Source: Schizochytrium sp. TIO01 (lineage: Eukaryota; Protista; Bigyra: Labyrinthulomycetes). Taken from it: DNA of 64,000 bases. The first letter of the stretch is position 1, and the number at the start of each line of letters is the position of its first letter. Below, piece by piece: positions 25,401-39,674 of the stretch. Location of the stretch: the NCBI GenBank assembly GCA_004764695.1, contig SMSO01000005.1, positions 310,001 to 374,000 of the forward strand, read 5' to 3'. A model generated the notes under the pieces. It was given only the letters and a program-made list of their open reading frames with translations, made no database searches and was not told where the DNA came from. Made by a program: the position numbers and the translations under genes.

Positions 25401-28400
25401 TCGCGAGCTAGCGGGCTTGCAGGAACCACTCCCAAGTTCTTCAGCAAGTTAACTTTACATTCGTTTCCTCTTATCATATGCTTGCTTTTGACACTTCGTC
25501 TCTGAGGAAGTCAGTTCTTCTCTGGTTCCCCTCTTAATCTGCTTACAAAGTTTACGTACGAAAAGGTGGCCATCGCTGGCCTCTGACTGAGGACAGCTCA
25601 AGCCCTTTCCTGTGCGCGAAGGTCGGAAGGCTCGCGCCGCCCAGGAGCTTGATTGATTCGTGGGGAGCGAGCAGTAGTAGATTGCCCACTGACTGCCTGC
25701 CTACGCGCTGCCGGATGGATTGGGTGGCGGCTTGGCCTCATTTTTTCGGTTCTTCAATTCGCATGCCCAGCAGACCATCGATCGCGAATCGTGACGGTCT
25801 TCTGGAGCTTAGAGGATGAATGAATACCGCAAACAAAAAGTTCGTCGTAGTAACGAACGGCAGTCCAGACATCAGACGTGACATCTGTAGGCAGGGCACG
25901 CACGCACGCACACACGCATGCGCCCTTTCGGGTCTTGCCTGGTTCGATGCGCACTCGTGCGCCATGGACCATGATTAAGATGCATGCGTACGCCAGCTCG
26001 CTCGCTCTCCGCTGCTGGGTATTAGAAATATGTTGATTCTTTTGCGCCATCTTTTGCGCAGCTGGAGAACTCCAAGAGATCGAGATGTTGGGTCTATAAG
26101 ATGGTGCTCAGGATGCAAAAGCGTGCAAAAGCATGGTGGGCAGTAGATACTTCTCCTATAAACATTAAAATATACATATTTGTTGAAAAAAAAGGAAACA
26201 TTGAGTAATGATAGGAGCATGAGTTTTAGGCTGAAATGGTCTTGGATGTTGATAATGTACTTCAGACTTTCGCTGATCGCATGAAGGAAACTTCAAGGGG
26301 TGTGAACTGTACTAAGGCCGCCCGGGCTGTCTTACAATGTCACGAGCTATACTTTCGTCACACGGGTGGGCCCTTGATAGCTTGATGTAGATCTTGAAAA
26401 ATGTGAATAATATAATTGAAAGAAAGTATGAAACACATTAGTTTTAGTTAAGAGTGCTCTCACTATTCTTGAGCTTGAAAAAAACGTAACCTCAACTTGC
26501 AAATCAGTGGCCGGCCTCGAGTCGCAGGAAGGATTTCGCGTAATGCACATGCACATGAACTACAGCTTGAAAACATTATACTCAAACCTCCATAATGTTT
26601 GAGAAATACTCTCTCCATGTTGAAATCGCGCGACTTGAAATAACTGAGGCGTCTAAAAGATTGTTTCTAGATAGCAACTCTTTTAAAGAAAGTTTTCTTT
26701 CCTAAAAACCCACGCAAGATGTGTAAGCTTGTTCACTACTGGCCAGGCTAAGGGTGCTTTCTCCTTTTCACTGTAAGACTCTCAAAAAGTAAAATATGGC
26801 GCCCTTTAAAGCTTTCAAAATTCTCTAGAGTAGTAGAAGAGGGTTTTCCATCAACTTCCTTCTCGACATCATCTTCGTAGTGTGCAGGCATTCTTTTCAT
26901 TCCAATGTAATTATTATTCAGGCAGGTTACACCGGATGCTTCGTTGAGCCGATTTCGTTTGCGCATCCTTTGTGAAGTCGACGGTGCAGCTTGAACCCTA
27001 TCGAGATCAAGGAGCGCTGAGGAATTCCTAATTCTTTAAGCTCTATCGATCCTATCCTTAGCAAATTCTTCATCATCTAACTCCATTATCACTCGATTCA
27101 TGTCCAGGAATTCTATTATAAGCAGAATCTGCCTTTTGAGAACCCAGGGAGCTCTAATGAGCGAACGAAGGGCCCCTCTGGTTACCTTTAGGGGCCACAG
27201 CGCCACAATCTTCCGCGTTGGAGGGGACGGCCGTTCCCACGCGGGGAAATGTGAGTACAAAGGAGGAGAAGGAGCCCGGACGGTCTCTATGGCACAGGCT
27301 TTTCCAGCTTTTCTTCTTCTGCTGCCGCTGCTTCTTCGCTCTTGGGAGCCGTCCTTCCTGAGCTCGGCTCGAGCCAAGATTTGCCGGTTCTCTGATTTGT
27401 TCTATAAAGCAAGGGTCTCGTGGTCTACGAGTCTCCTACCGGGCACTATCCATCAAAACGTTTTTTTTTTTTTTTTTTTTCATAACAATAGAATAAAATG
27501 TGGTGTACTATAAAATCCTGCTTTTGGGAAGTCCGCACGAACGACAATTGTTGTGGCACTTTCTTTCTTTCGTTCTTTGCACGTCTTCCTCTTTTCTTAG
27601 TTTTTCTTTCATTTCTACTTTGTTAAAAGTTATAAATAAATAAAAATATTGATTTTAATTTTAAAATACTTACTCTAACTTATTTTCTACTTTAAAAGAG
27701 AAAAATGAGACTAAAAAATGAAAAAAAGAGAATTGAAAAACCAGCTGTTTCTATTTCCTTGATGTTCAACTGAACGAGCACACTCTTCCTTCCCCTTCTC
27801 TTGGTTGGTTTGTTCAAAGTTTGGGGTCATCGTATGATCAGTAAATAAGATAAACCAAACGATCACTTGATTGATTCCAATGCTGCTTTTCTGGCGCAGG
27901 GGACAGCGCAGAAAGACGCGATCAAAACTCTTCAGGCTACAATAACTAATTCTGCTGCCGAGAGGTACTACTTAGAGTTGAAAGTTGTATGCGTACTTCT
28001 TATCCACTCACGTGCAGGCAGTGGAGTCCACGAAACTTGGCGAAAAGACTGGTCCGAGCTTGGGCTAACAATAGGAGGTCGCTTGGAAACTGATTTGATT
28101 GAAACTTGCTGTCGCAAGCTAAACTCAACGGAGACATACGCAGGTGGCGACCTACGTATGCATTCTGCTAACTAGCGAGCTAGCTAACAGTAAAGTAGCT
28201 TTAGTGAGTCACTCATTCTACGGATGGAGGATGGACACTGTTTAAGTTTAAAGATCAAGTGAGAAAATGAAATTCCCATTTGAAAAATCCATTACCTACG
28301 TACTTATGTTCAATTCTTTCACCTTTTGAGAGTTTTTTTTTTTTTAAAGTTTTTCCACTGGCTAGGCGAAAAAGGAGAAAAGAGTCGCGCGCTCTGTTTG

Positions 28401-31400
28401 TCTCAGCGATTGACTCAACTATCACGTATGAAAAGGCAAACTGACTGCTCTGGCAGATATGCGCGTAAGTAATGAGGGGATTTGCGATTACCTCTAATAA
28501 GCATGAAATGCAGTCAATTAGTGGTGAATGGGATCCTCGTAGTTTTCTGTTTTCTTCAAGAACAAACAAGAAATGATGGTTTTCAATTCTCTTTTATAGA
28601 GTAAAATCATTTAAAATTAGTAAAAACAAATTTAAGTTTTAAATGTTAAGTTTTAAGAGAAAGTATGTTTGCTTTGCTTTTCCTGACTCACTGAAGAAAA
28701 TACCTGCGATATAAAAGTGAGAATGGGAGATCCGCTGAATCCTTCGCGTGCTTCCGATAACCATGATTCAGTTCGTTGCGACCCGTTTTTGCTTCCAACT
28801 TCTAGCGGCGGGAATTCGAAGACGAAAGGGCACTAACCTGCTACCTTTTCAGTAGGTAACTTCTAGGCGCTGCAAGGAAGGTACGTTCTTTCGAAGTCAC
28901 CAACTGTTTTCTAAATATTGCTTTTTCAAAAATTGAGGATCATGATAAAACTGAAGGAAATACAATAACAATTGATCATCAGCTGCAAAATAACAGGTTT
29001 TCACGAAAGGAAAACTAATAGTAGAACATTGGACGTTCTTCTTTGGCGCGAAAGTGAGCGAAAGAAGCGTCCGACTTGGAGGTCAAACACACCTCTCACG
29101 GCACCTCTTCGCGCGAACACTAACTCACCTCCTTCAAATGAATATATCACACAGCCAGGGTTGTTCCTGCTCCCAAGCTCAGTCCCAGCTCCTTCTTGCT
29201 CACGAGTTTTAATTCTCGCTTCCGCAGAAATGAATGTTTCCGCAGAAGGAGCTCTCGTCTGATCAATCAGCAAGTTCCCGCCTCAGTCAAGCGAAGGGAG
29301 CTTGCAACTTCTCGCCTTCTCCGGCTTGAAACACAGCCAATCAATTTGCGTTGCGCCGGATGAATGGATTCAACCTAATTCCCCTAAAACGTCAAAAACA
29401 TTTTATTTTATTCTTTATAAAATAAAATGTGTATATATATTTATATGTTATATATATGTACAGGCAGACCACCCAAACAAAGCACGCAAGCACGAAGAGA
29501 TGCCAGTTATTGCCGGCCCCGCCACAGTGAGTTATAGCACCATGAAAGTCGGGAAAGGCGCTATAGTCTACAGAAAGCATCGGCTATAGCCCACTTGCGG
29601 CGCACGGTGCGTGGGCCCATATCCTATCGGCAGCTGCTCGGCGGCTGCGCTTGCGGCGGCAGAGGGCGTGGATTACGGGCGTCCGTGCAGGAAAGGGGGT
29701 CAGCCGCCGTCGGGGCAAGGTCGGGCGGGTGCAGGGCTCGCTGGTAGCTCGCAAAGCGCTGCTTCCTGCAGTCTCCCCGCCATCCACGGGCTAGCTTTCT
29801 GTGTATTTATCATATGTTCCTGTCATTCATTCATCCAATCCATGATTCCTTCTTTTTCTCTTTCTTCTCTTTCTTTCTTTCTTTCTTCTTTCTTTCTTCC
29901 TTTCTTTCTTCCTTTCTTCCTTTGTTTCGCTTATTCGTGCTTTCATTCTGGCTGTATTCTCTCTGGTCCTGGCTATCATGAATAGTAGTACTATTTGAAA
30001 ATATAGATGATATTCCAAAGTTAAAAGTTAGACATACATAAAAAGGTTAACTGTTGTCTCTCAGGAGACATACGGCGCACATCCAAAAGAACTCACTTTT
30101 TTGCTTCTCTGTCTCCTGAAGAGGAGCTTCCTTTTTGCCTTTTGGCTTTTCTCACGCTTTAAGTAGGTATTTTTTTTTCTTAAAATTATGTACAAAACTT
30201 TATAAATGATTCTTTTTATTATTATAATTAGTGTTTTATAAATAACAAAGCAGAGTAATACCTAAGTAAAAAAATACTTTTAAAGGCGAGTTTGTTTCGT
30301 TTCCGGAGCGAAGTTTGTAAAGTCCAGAGAAACTGATCAACTCACCCACTCGCGTACTAATTTACTGTCAGCATTTCGAATAATTTCAAGTAAGTTTGCG
30401 CTCACTTTCGAATGTATCCTAAGGTATGTCAGTTTAGTTTGGTTTTGGTTTGGTTTGGTATAGGAAAATCGTAGTCGGAGGAGGTCGAGCTCGTTTGAGG
30501 GTCTTGGAAAAGGTATCACAGGACAAGGGTAGTCTAATTCTGGAAAAGGCAATTTCTGTATCGAAGATAGAAAATTAGTTACGGCTGGTTAGCCCGAACC
30601 GAAAGATATAATGACTTTACGAGTAACTAATGGTGAGTCTTAACATGTCTCGAATTTGTTATGGTCTGACCAGGCTCAAAGGACTTTGCAAAAATCATCA
30701 ATCATGCTCCCAACGTGAAGAGCGTACAAAAGTTCACGTGGCTGGTTACTACTGATCTCGCGCAGTTTTCTGCCTAAACTATCGTGGCTGCAAAAAAGAG
30801 ATTCGACTTTATTGTATGATGAGATTGTCTTTCCTTACATTCTAGGCTCAATCTTGAAATCCAGAGGAACTTAGACTTGCTTCTTCAAGCACCTTCAAGC
30901 TGATGCATGGCCTCGTGCCGAGAGCAGGCTGGCAGCTCCTTGGACTGAATAAGAATGACAACTCAGAGCCTCGGACAGCTGGAAATGCGGCTTTTTTGTA
31001 CAAACTGCCTCATGCGATATGACGGTTGATAGCGTGGCCAGCTTGTTCGTTTCTTTGCGGTGGGATCATGTGTTCCAAGCCTGCCTGTGAGTAGGGCGTG
31101 AGATGCCGTTAGATCAATTTGCATAGGATTCCGTTGTCGTTTAGAGAAGTGGACGGCGGCAGTTAATTCTGCCCCGCTCGCAGCCACCACGGGAGTTGAG
31201 GTGGCAAATGCTGAGCTGGCGACACGCGATCGAGCGCGCTGCGGCATCTTCGGAAGCCGTTCCGAGGGCGTTATTGAACGACAAACTTGAAAAAAAATGC
31301 CCGACCGATAGAAATGTGGAGCCCATTGGTCCAAAGGAAGGAAGAGCACCACAGACATTTGAATCGTGGAGATGTTGAACACTTAGCTGGCGAATCTCAT

Positions 31401-34400
31401 TTTTTGAGACGGTGCGTTCTATAATCGCCGATTTGAGAGGGAATGACTGGCACTATTTGGCGCTGGCAGAACGCTTATGCTCGTTAGTTTGCGCAGCTTT
31501 TCGGTCTCCGTACAATCTATGTCACGTGGTTGTTCTTTTCTACCCTCGATCTACCATCTGAGGTGCTGTATCTTTTGTTTTTTGGTTATTTATCAATGAC
31601 AGTGAAGAATAAGAAACGAAATGCAACTAGAAGAAGAGTTGCTGGTGATGGAATAGCATACGTTGAAATGATGCAAAAAATTGACGTAGGGAAGCAGAGG
31701 ATGCTAACCCTCTATTCGTACTGGATATAGCTCGCGCTCAAATCTGTTAAATTTGCGCAGCTTCGAAGAGGAACAGTAACATATTTGTATAATTTAACTT
31801 TCGTAAGAATAAGAATAACTCACTGTTTAAATTTTTACTTTATTTTTAATTTTATTTTTTAATTTAAACATAAAGAATAATTCCAGGTTGGTTGGCCAGT
31901 CCAGTCAGTCAAGTCAAGGCCGGCTCATCTTCTTGAAGTTAATTGTAAACCAGCGCAATTTTTGGTCTTCGCACCCCGCCATGCTGTAACATACTATGGT
32001 TGGAGGCCCAAACCTTGCATGTCTCAACACGCAACACTTCAACGACAGAAAGACTTACTAGGACAGTCTCACAAAACAGCTCTACATCGGCAGCACACAC
32101 CTCTACTCCATCCTCCACCTTTTGAAGCCTTGAGTTCTCCTTTGTTAGAGTCCGCACTTTTTATGTTATCCTTTTCAAGTTGTTGTTCTCACATTGGCGA
32201 GCAAAAATCATTTGAAAAAAAGTAAATACGATCATGAAGCCACACTAATTTTCGCACACCGGGTTTACAGCGAAGCTCCTCGTTCATTACCTGACATGAT
32301 AGATATTAGCTCTTTCCCGTCGGCCTACGACAGCGCCGTCAAAAAGCTCTCCTTGGAGCCCCAGTCACCCGTGCAACTTGAAGGCCTGCTTCAGCACCAT
32401 AAACTACAGCCGCTCGACTGCTTGCCACGGGGCGCAAATAGTTTCCGCAACTACGTCATCAATGCGGACTTCCATATCCTCATCGGCACAGGACACAGGG
32501 CTCCCGTCCCGGAGCCATTTGGCGCTGCTGAGAGGTAGTACTGCCTAATGGGAGCTAGTTGTAGGTACGGTGTTCCTTTGTATAGAGTTCAAGCGAGTGG
32601 GCCCATGGTATGAGGAAGAAAATGATTCTAAACTTTCCAGGCAAAGACCATTTATACCTAAAAACCTACAAAATCATGAGTGATGGAGGAAGTGCCGCTA
32701 GCTAGTGGGTAGTAAGGTCGGTATAGGAGGGATTTCAAGAGAATTAAGAAACAACCATAATTAAGAAGACGAAGAAGAAGAAGAAGAAGAACTTGTAGGT
32801 ATGTAGCACCTCCCTCGCTCTGCGCGAAGATCTTGGGAAAACTAGCTAGGTACCTAGATAGGTCTTGTCTTCTTTTATTACTGTTTACATAGGCAATAAT
32901 TAGAGTCATTTTACATTCCTTTTGTCTACGATCGTGGATGGAGGTGAAGACTTCATTACAATTAACTTACTCGCCAACTTACTATCTATCGCCTGGGCAG
33001 ACCCTTCGCAATGGTTGAAATAAGTTAGCGGCGGCCGAATTCTCTCTCGAAATTCCAAGCTTGAGGTACTGGTCGGGCGTCATGGAACGTAGAGCGGGCT
33101 GGTGGCCAACCAGCAAGCAAGCAAATAAGCGAATAAGCGAGCGATCTAATAAGTAAGCAAGCCCGCTGGTAGCCCTGAAATTGTGGTGGCATACGCCCGT
33201 GCTGTCCTCTTTATTCTTTAAAAACAATTTTAAATATAATTTAAAATTCTAATTTTAAAAAAATTTTTTTAAAAAAATAAAATGTAACTAAGTCCATTGC
33301 TTCTTTTCTTTCAATCCTTATTAAATCAGGATAAAGAATAAATCACGTTTCGTATTTTCGAAGCAAGGTATCGTTTTATTTTTAATGAAAGTGTATAACT
33401 TTGTTATTTTTATCCTCAAGTTACGACGATGGTATTATATGCTTTTCATTCCAGTCTAGTTTATTTATTTCTATTTCTATTTCCAAAACAATTATCTTGA
33501 AGTTTTGATTTTAAAAAAAAAAAAAAAAAAGTGAAAGTTGTCGATTGAGAGGGTGCAAGCGAGGGAGACGCAGATTTCGCCCGCCACAGTGCGAGCGCGT
33601 ATGTCATTGAAGAAGATGCCGTGAGGCAGGCAAATAATTGAAAATCGAAAGCCGCGCTTCAATCTACTTTTCTCGCCTTCACCCATTCTGACTTGATCGT
33701 CTTCGCGCTACGAGTGGGAAATATCTTGTCGCGACGACTTTTTCTGCAAGTTGAAGATACACAGATGAAATGATGTGGCTTTTTTCTAATCTGCGATAAA
33801 GCCCGACCGATGAATGAAGGAATGAATGAATAAAATAACTGAAAGGAGAACTTCGTTAAAGAAAGTAAGGGTAGCCCTCTTTGCTGTAGACATTAATAAA
33901 CTGTTTTGTTCGTTTCAAGCTCAAAGACGTCGATATACAGTTTGAGAACCGCTGCTTTATAGAGAGGATGCGCGTTGTTATTTTATTGCTTGTTTCGAGA
34001 TCGATTGATAATCAATCAGTAGGTGCTCAAAGAACGAACTTAGATTCAAGATCTTAAAAGCGAGAAAGATTGCACGCAACAGCCAGTTTGGTGCTGCGAG
34101 CACCGAGAGATCCCCTGCGAGAACACCTCGTGGGCACAATTATGGCGGAGAGACCTTGAGGCAGGCAAGATCCCCCCTCCGGCGGTGAAACTTTGTGAAG
34201 CTTCGTGAAACTGTCCGCACGGATTTCGTCGGGACCGACCAGCTCGCTCGTGCGCCCGCTCCAGGTGCTGATTTCGTCAAGATCTCCTTGAATATTTGAC
34301 GTAACAATTGATTGAACTAATGAATCAGCCAAACAATCAATTCATAGATCGATGCACCAATTGATGAGATTATAAATCTTCAAAAGTGAAGGAGAGAAAG

Positions 34401-37400
34401 AGGAGTGAACAGTGAAACCTCTCTTGCACTTTGGACCTCACTCCAACCTCTCGAGCATCTATCATCGCCATGATCTTCACAACGATGGCGAGCTCGAGTC
34501 AACTGGATTGAATGGAAACTCAGGCGTTAGAAACAGACCCCTGGCATGAGAATGAGCGACATGTTTTTCATCAAACTAGACGAATTGCAGAAGAGGGAGC
34601 CGTCTTTCGCATGAAAGCCGGAATAAGATGGGGATATGCATGCGCAAAGATCGCTTCCACAATCACTTGCCGCCTAGCTTTGCGAAGCCCTTCGAACCTT
34701 GTTCTTCTTGCTATGTTCGGCGCCAAAACACAGCTAGTTAGCGAGGTAATTACGAGTTCAACTCGTGCCAATCGAAATCTCCTATCGAAACCCGACGAGA
34801 GAAACACAGTTACATTCAGCTTTTTATTTAAAGAGAAGGGCCTCGATGAGAACCTGGATCTTAAAAACTATGAAATCGTATGACAACTCCAGCCTATTCA
34901 GGGAAAAGAAACAATAAAAAACAGGGGGGGGGGAAGTTGACTACACCTTGAGCCCTCGCAAAAACCAAGTCATCGTGACCTGATCGGTGCCAAAGCGCCC
35001 CAGCTCCTGAGCGCACCTTTGGCATTTACCAGAGACATGGATGGTTTCGCAGACTTGTAAGGCAGCCGAAAGGAGGTCTCGCATGCTTCCAGTGTATTCA
35101 TTCACTCGCCCCATCGTATATGTGCTCAAATACATTTTATTTTTTAAACAAAATGTTTCCTGCGAAAGGATTAAAAAAAAAAATTGAAAATTTTAAAAAA
35201 AAGCCCACTCATTGCACCTTCCTTGAGTGCGGGCAGTGAACGGAAGGAAAACAAGCTGTGGGCTCATTTGGAGAGGAAGGCAGCACTACTAACAACTTTG
35301 CCTGATAACAATGCAATCCAGGTAGAAGAGCAGTAACAGTCCCAGTTGAGGAAGTAAGAGTTTTGGACGCTTGGTCTTCTTTCGCAAAACATGGGAAAAC
35401 GGCGCTGCTCAAAATACCGTGACCGGCGTACGATGAGTTTGTTCCTTCGGGATCTTACTTTGAAGATGGCCTTTGCAGCCTCCTCCGCTCTGTCTGAAGC
35501 GTACGTAACTCGTGTAGTTCTTTCTTTTTGCTCTGGTCGGCAGAGGAAATTGATGATTCTTTCTCCCCCCTAAAAAAAATATATATATATATATTAATAT
35601 ATTAATAAGTATAATGTATTTTTAAAAGTTTTAGTTTTAGAAGGAACTATTTTGAATGAGATCATACATGGATGCTTAATGCTACAACCTCTTAAACGCA
35701 AGGCGGTTCTGGCACGAGCTCTGATAAGGGAAAGCGCGGGGTTTCAATCGCCTTCGAGGTCTTTGTTCATTATCTGATGCGATTGTTCGAACTTGTATTG
35801 AAAAGCTCGAATGAACAGGTCAGCATCTCTCTCTCTCAAAATACGACAATGGTTGGTACCTGCCTAGGTACTTACCCCGGTAGTCAGAGCCTGAAGAACG
35901 TGCAACACGAGGGATTGCAGATCTTTTGTTATTTCCAAACTTCATCCTGTTTTCTATACATTAAACAACTTCTCTTCTTCATCTTCTTCTTTTACAAGTG
36001 CTTCTTATAGGTTATGAAACTGTTTATTTTTCAATTAAAAGTATACTTATGTTTTAAATCATAAAATTAATTAATTAATTCCGAAGAAATGAGTGGACTA
36101 ACGAGCAAGCAGGGAAGAAGACAGAAAGAGAAGAAAGAAAAAAAGAAAGAAAGAGAGAAAGAGAGAAAGGAAAGATGAAAAGAAAGTCGAGTCTAGGATG
36201 CGCTTCAGGCGGCGGCACCCGCGAAGCCAGCCCGACGAGTCTCCGACGGCCCGCCCGCGAAAGAACTTGAAGGAAATCGGGGAAGTTAGTAGCTAGTTTT
36301 TACAGAACGTAAACACAGTCAATCAGTCAGTCAGTCAGTCAGTAAGTAAGTGATTTGCCGCGCCTCTAAATGCGCAGCGAATAAATGCAGAAATGCATAT
36401 TTATGCATGCATGAATAAGCAAATAAATGAACAAATGAATAAATTGAATGTCTGTCTATCTGTTCAAAGGACTATTTACAAGATGCCTTCGCAAGCAGGC
36501 ACCTCGAAGAAAGCGCATTTGATAGAACTGGAGGAAATGCAGCGAAGAACTTTGGGCGCCTCGATACGTGGACAGGCTTTGTCTTCGTGTCGCCTGGCTT
36601 TGGGGCGGCTAGAAACAACACGAATAACGCAGGCAAGGATCTCAAAGCTTTTGCGCACTCTTCTTCTTCTTCTTCGCGCCGGAGTGAGCGATTCTTTTCA
36701 AAGCTTCTCTGAAGAGACGTGTCAAAAGAACAGAAAGAAAGAAAGAAAGAAAGAGCTCAAGTCTTCTAATCAAAACGTTTTATTTATTTTTAACCATACT
36801 TCAAATATCTATATACATAATTAAAATCTAAAGCAACTTGAAATGAATTCACTTTATAAATAAACAGAAAATAGAAAACGATAGGTCGGGATAACTGCCT
36901 CTATGCCACTCTTACCGCTACGTCAGGCTAAGTTCTTTATTTCCTCCACTAACAATTATAATAAAAGAAACTAAAAAAGAGAGAGATGAATAAAAGAAAG
37001 GAGAGAACAAAGACAGGATTGCTTTCTACTTAATTAACGATCGAAGCAAGAACGAGCAAAATAGATAAGTCGCACGCGAAGGACTGATTTGGAAAGAGCT
37101 CCGAATGTTTCGGCGGACGCAGCGATTGGTCGGCTCGCGCGGCGAATATCCACGAGCCCGAAGAGCGAGGTTTCATTAGCTATCAGCCTGCTTGAACGTC
37201 TTCTCGCTCTCTCGAATTCTCGCTTTCCTTTCCTTCCGCTGAGGTTGAAGGATGTGGCTTCTTTCCCAGCAGTTACAAATAGGATGGGCACATTTTAAAA
37301 GGTAGTTAGGTGCCTACTACCGATAGCTAGAAACTAACACAAAGGCAGAGAAGACAGTTTTTCCTCCAAGGCATGAGAACATACCTGGGTACGTACATCT

Positions 37401-39674
37401 TCATGACTTTATCATATTTGTTTGGTGGGTTGATTGATTGATTGATTGACCAATGCTACTTCAAAGGCTTCGCTGGCTTGCTTTGGTTTGGGTATGCTGC
37501 CCTAGAAGATAAAAACGACTGCAGTCGCTTGGAAAGAACGACCCCAGGGGAAAATAACAGGCTTGATCGATAGTTCTTTTATTCCCTTTTCAGAATAACG
37601 AGACTTTTTTTTTTTTTTACTTTTTTTAAAAAGAATAATGAAATGAAACAATCAATTCTTGATTAAAAACGTTTTCAGATATTTGTTTAAAAGAATAAAT
37701 TAAAATTCTTTTTCTTTTCTTTTAAAATGAACACAGCACTTATTTGAAGAGTAAGTAACGAACAGAATGAATAACAACTGGAGGACTCAAAACTTCCGCG
37801 CTTCTTCTTGTTCTTGTTCTTTTTTCTTCGAAATGATTTATATTGCTAGTTCGACCAAGGCAATCAGTTCGTCTTCTGCAAGCACTTACTTTAACTCAAG
37901 GACTGATTGCTCGATTGAAATCCATGACGTGGAAGTCTACTCGGCAGCCTGATCGTGCGCAAGTTGAGAAGTTACAGTGCCTGGACGAGAAAAGCGAGCT
38001 AGGTTGACACAAGTTCTTCGCCAAGAATGGATGAACTTTACTATTTATTTGCTTATACTCAAACTATTCTGATTATTGACTAATCAATAGCTGACAGCTA
38101 TCTCTTGAAACTCACTCTGAGGTGTTCAAAACGCGCGCTGTGAGGGCTCTTGGCGGGTTGGACTGAACCCAACTGAAGCCATCTTTCTCCATTCGTTCTC
38201 TTTGTTTTCCTTTCTTTGTTGCTCTGGAAGCCGGAAACAGAGTTTGCTGTTTTCGAGAGAGTCATTTCCCCTCCATTCCTTCCTTTCAAGAAGAAGACAA
38301 ACAACAAACAAACAAATAAACAAACAGATAATAAACAGAGTGATCAATACTTTTATTTGCCTGTACCTATGTTTCTATTCAATTATTGTTTTAGGCCAAC
38401 AGTGAAAAGCTTTTCTTGTTTTCCCACACAATCAATGACAGCAAAACAAGAAGAACGTGGAGGCGCTTCGCCCCTTTCTCCTGGGCACCTTTGAAAGGAA
38501 CGTACGGCGGCGATACACTGTCGCGGCGCCGGTATCGCTTGGATAAGAGTTGGAAAGGTAGCTGGAAGCACCGCAAAGTAGCAGGTTAAGAGAGGGCTCT
38601 GAGCGCAAGTACCTACTAAACTTCTGGGAATGTGCCTAGAAAGAAGGGACGAAAACCCATCTTTTTTCTATACTTTCGTACAATTCCTTCTTATTTTGTT
38701 TAGGTACTTACTTTGTTATTTTAAAAATTTTAAGCAAAACAAAAAACAGTTACTCTTATCATACACTATTCGAATAATTAATACGCAAGACGCAGCCTTT
38801 GTAACTCACGTTGAGGAGTTATGTCTCCTCGACACAGTGCTTAGAGAATTCCTTTGAAGCTTCTATAAAAACTTACAGGTGGACCTGATTGCCTTTCACT
38901 CATTTTTTTCTTTTCTTTTCTTTTTTCATGATAAATATTTTTGTTTTTTAAATTATCAAATAAAGTTTTCTAGGCACCTCAGCCAGCAGACCGACAGGTG
39001 CCAAGGGTCCCCTGGTTTTGTTTGGGATGGTTGAGAATGTCCACTTCATATAATCGAAAGAACGAGGCCTCAAGAGCAACAAAGTCGAGATGGGCCTGGA
39101 GCAAGAGATCAAACATCTGAGGAGCGAGTATTAGCGTGTCCTATTCTAATTGATCTTGGCTGATCAGTCAGGATCGTAGAAAATAAAGAAAGTAGCTAAG
39201 CAAGATCAAGTCAAACCAGGCCAGGCCAGGCCAGCCATGGGCTCTCAGAGTATCCCTTTTCTCTTCTTGGACATTTTCTTCTGTTTCTTCTCATCTTTGT
39301 TTAAAAAAATAAAAAAATAAAACTAAAAAGAACCTTTTTTTATAATTTAAAAATAAATAATATAAAATACTAGTGCGTGTAGCCTCCTTTGAAAGTGTTT
39401 TATTTTAAAGTAAGCTTTATCCTTTTTCCCCTCTAACTCCAGGGGACAAAGAGAGGCAAGTGATCCACTTTCGATGGGTTAGAATAGAATCCTTTTAAAA
39501 AAGGCAAATCCCAAACACTCCTCTCAGCTTGATAGCTGAGACATAAAAACTCGCTATTGCAAGTTGAGCAAAGCAAGAGCGAAAGCGAAAGCGAAAGCAA
39601 AAGCAAAAGCAAACCCGTAACCTCGGTTTGGTTGAAATCAACAAAACAACAACACATCAGATTCTATAGCAACC

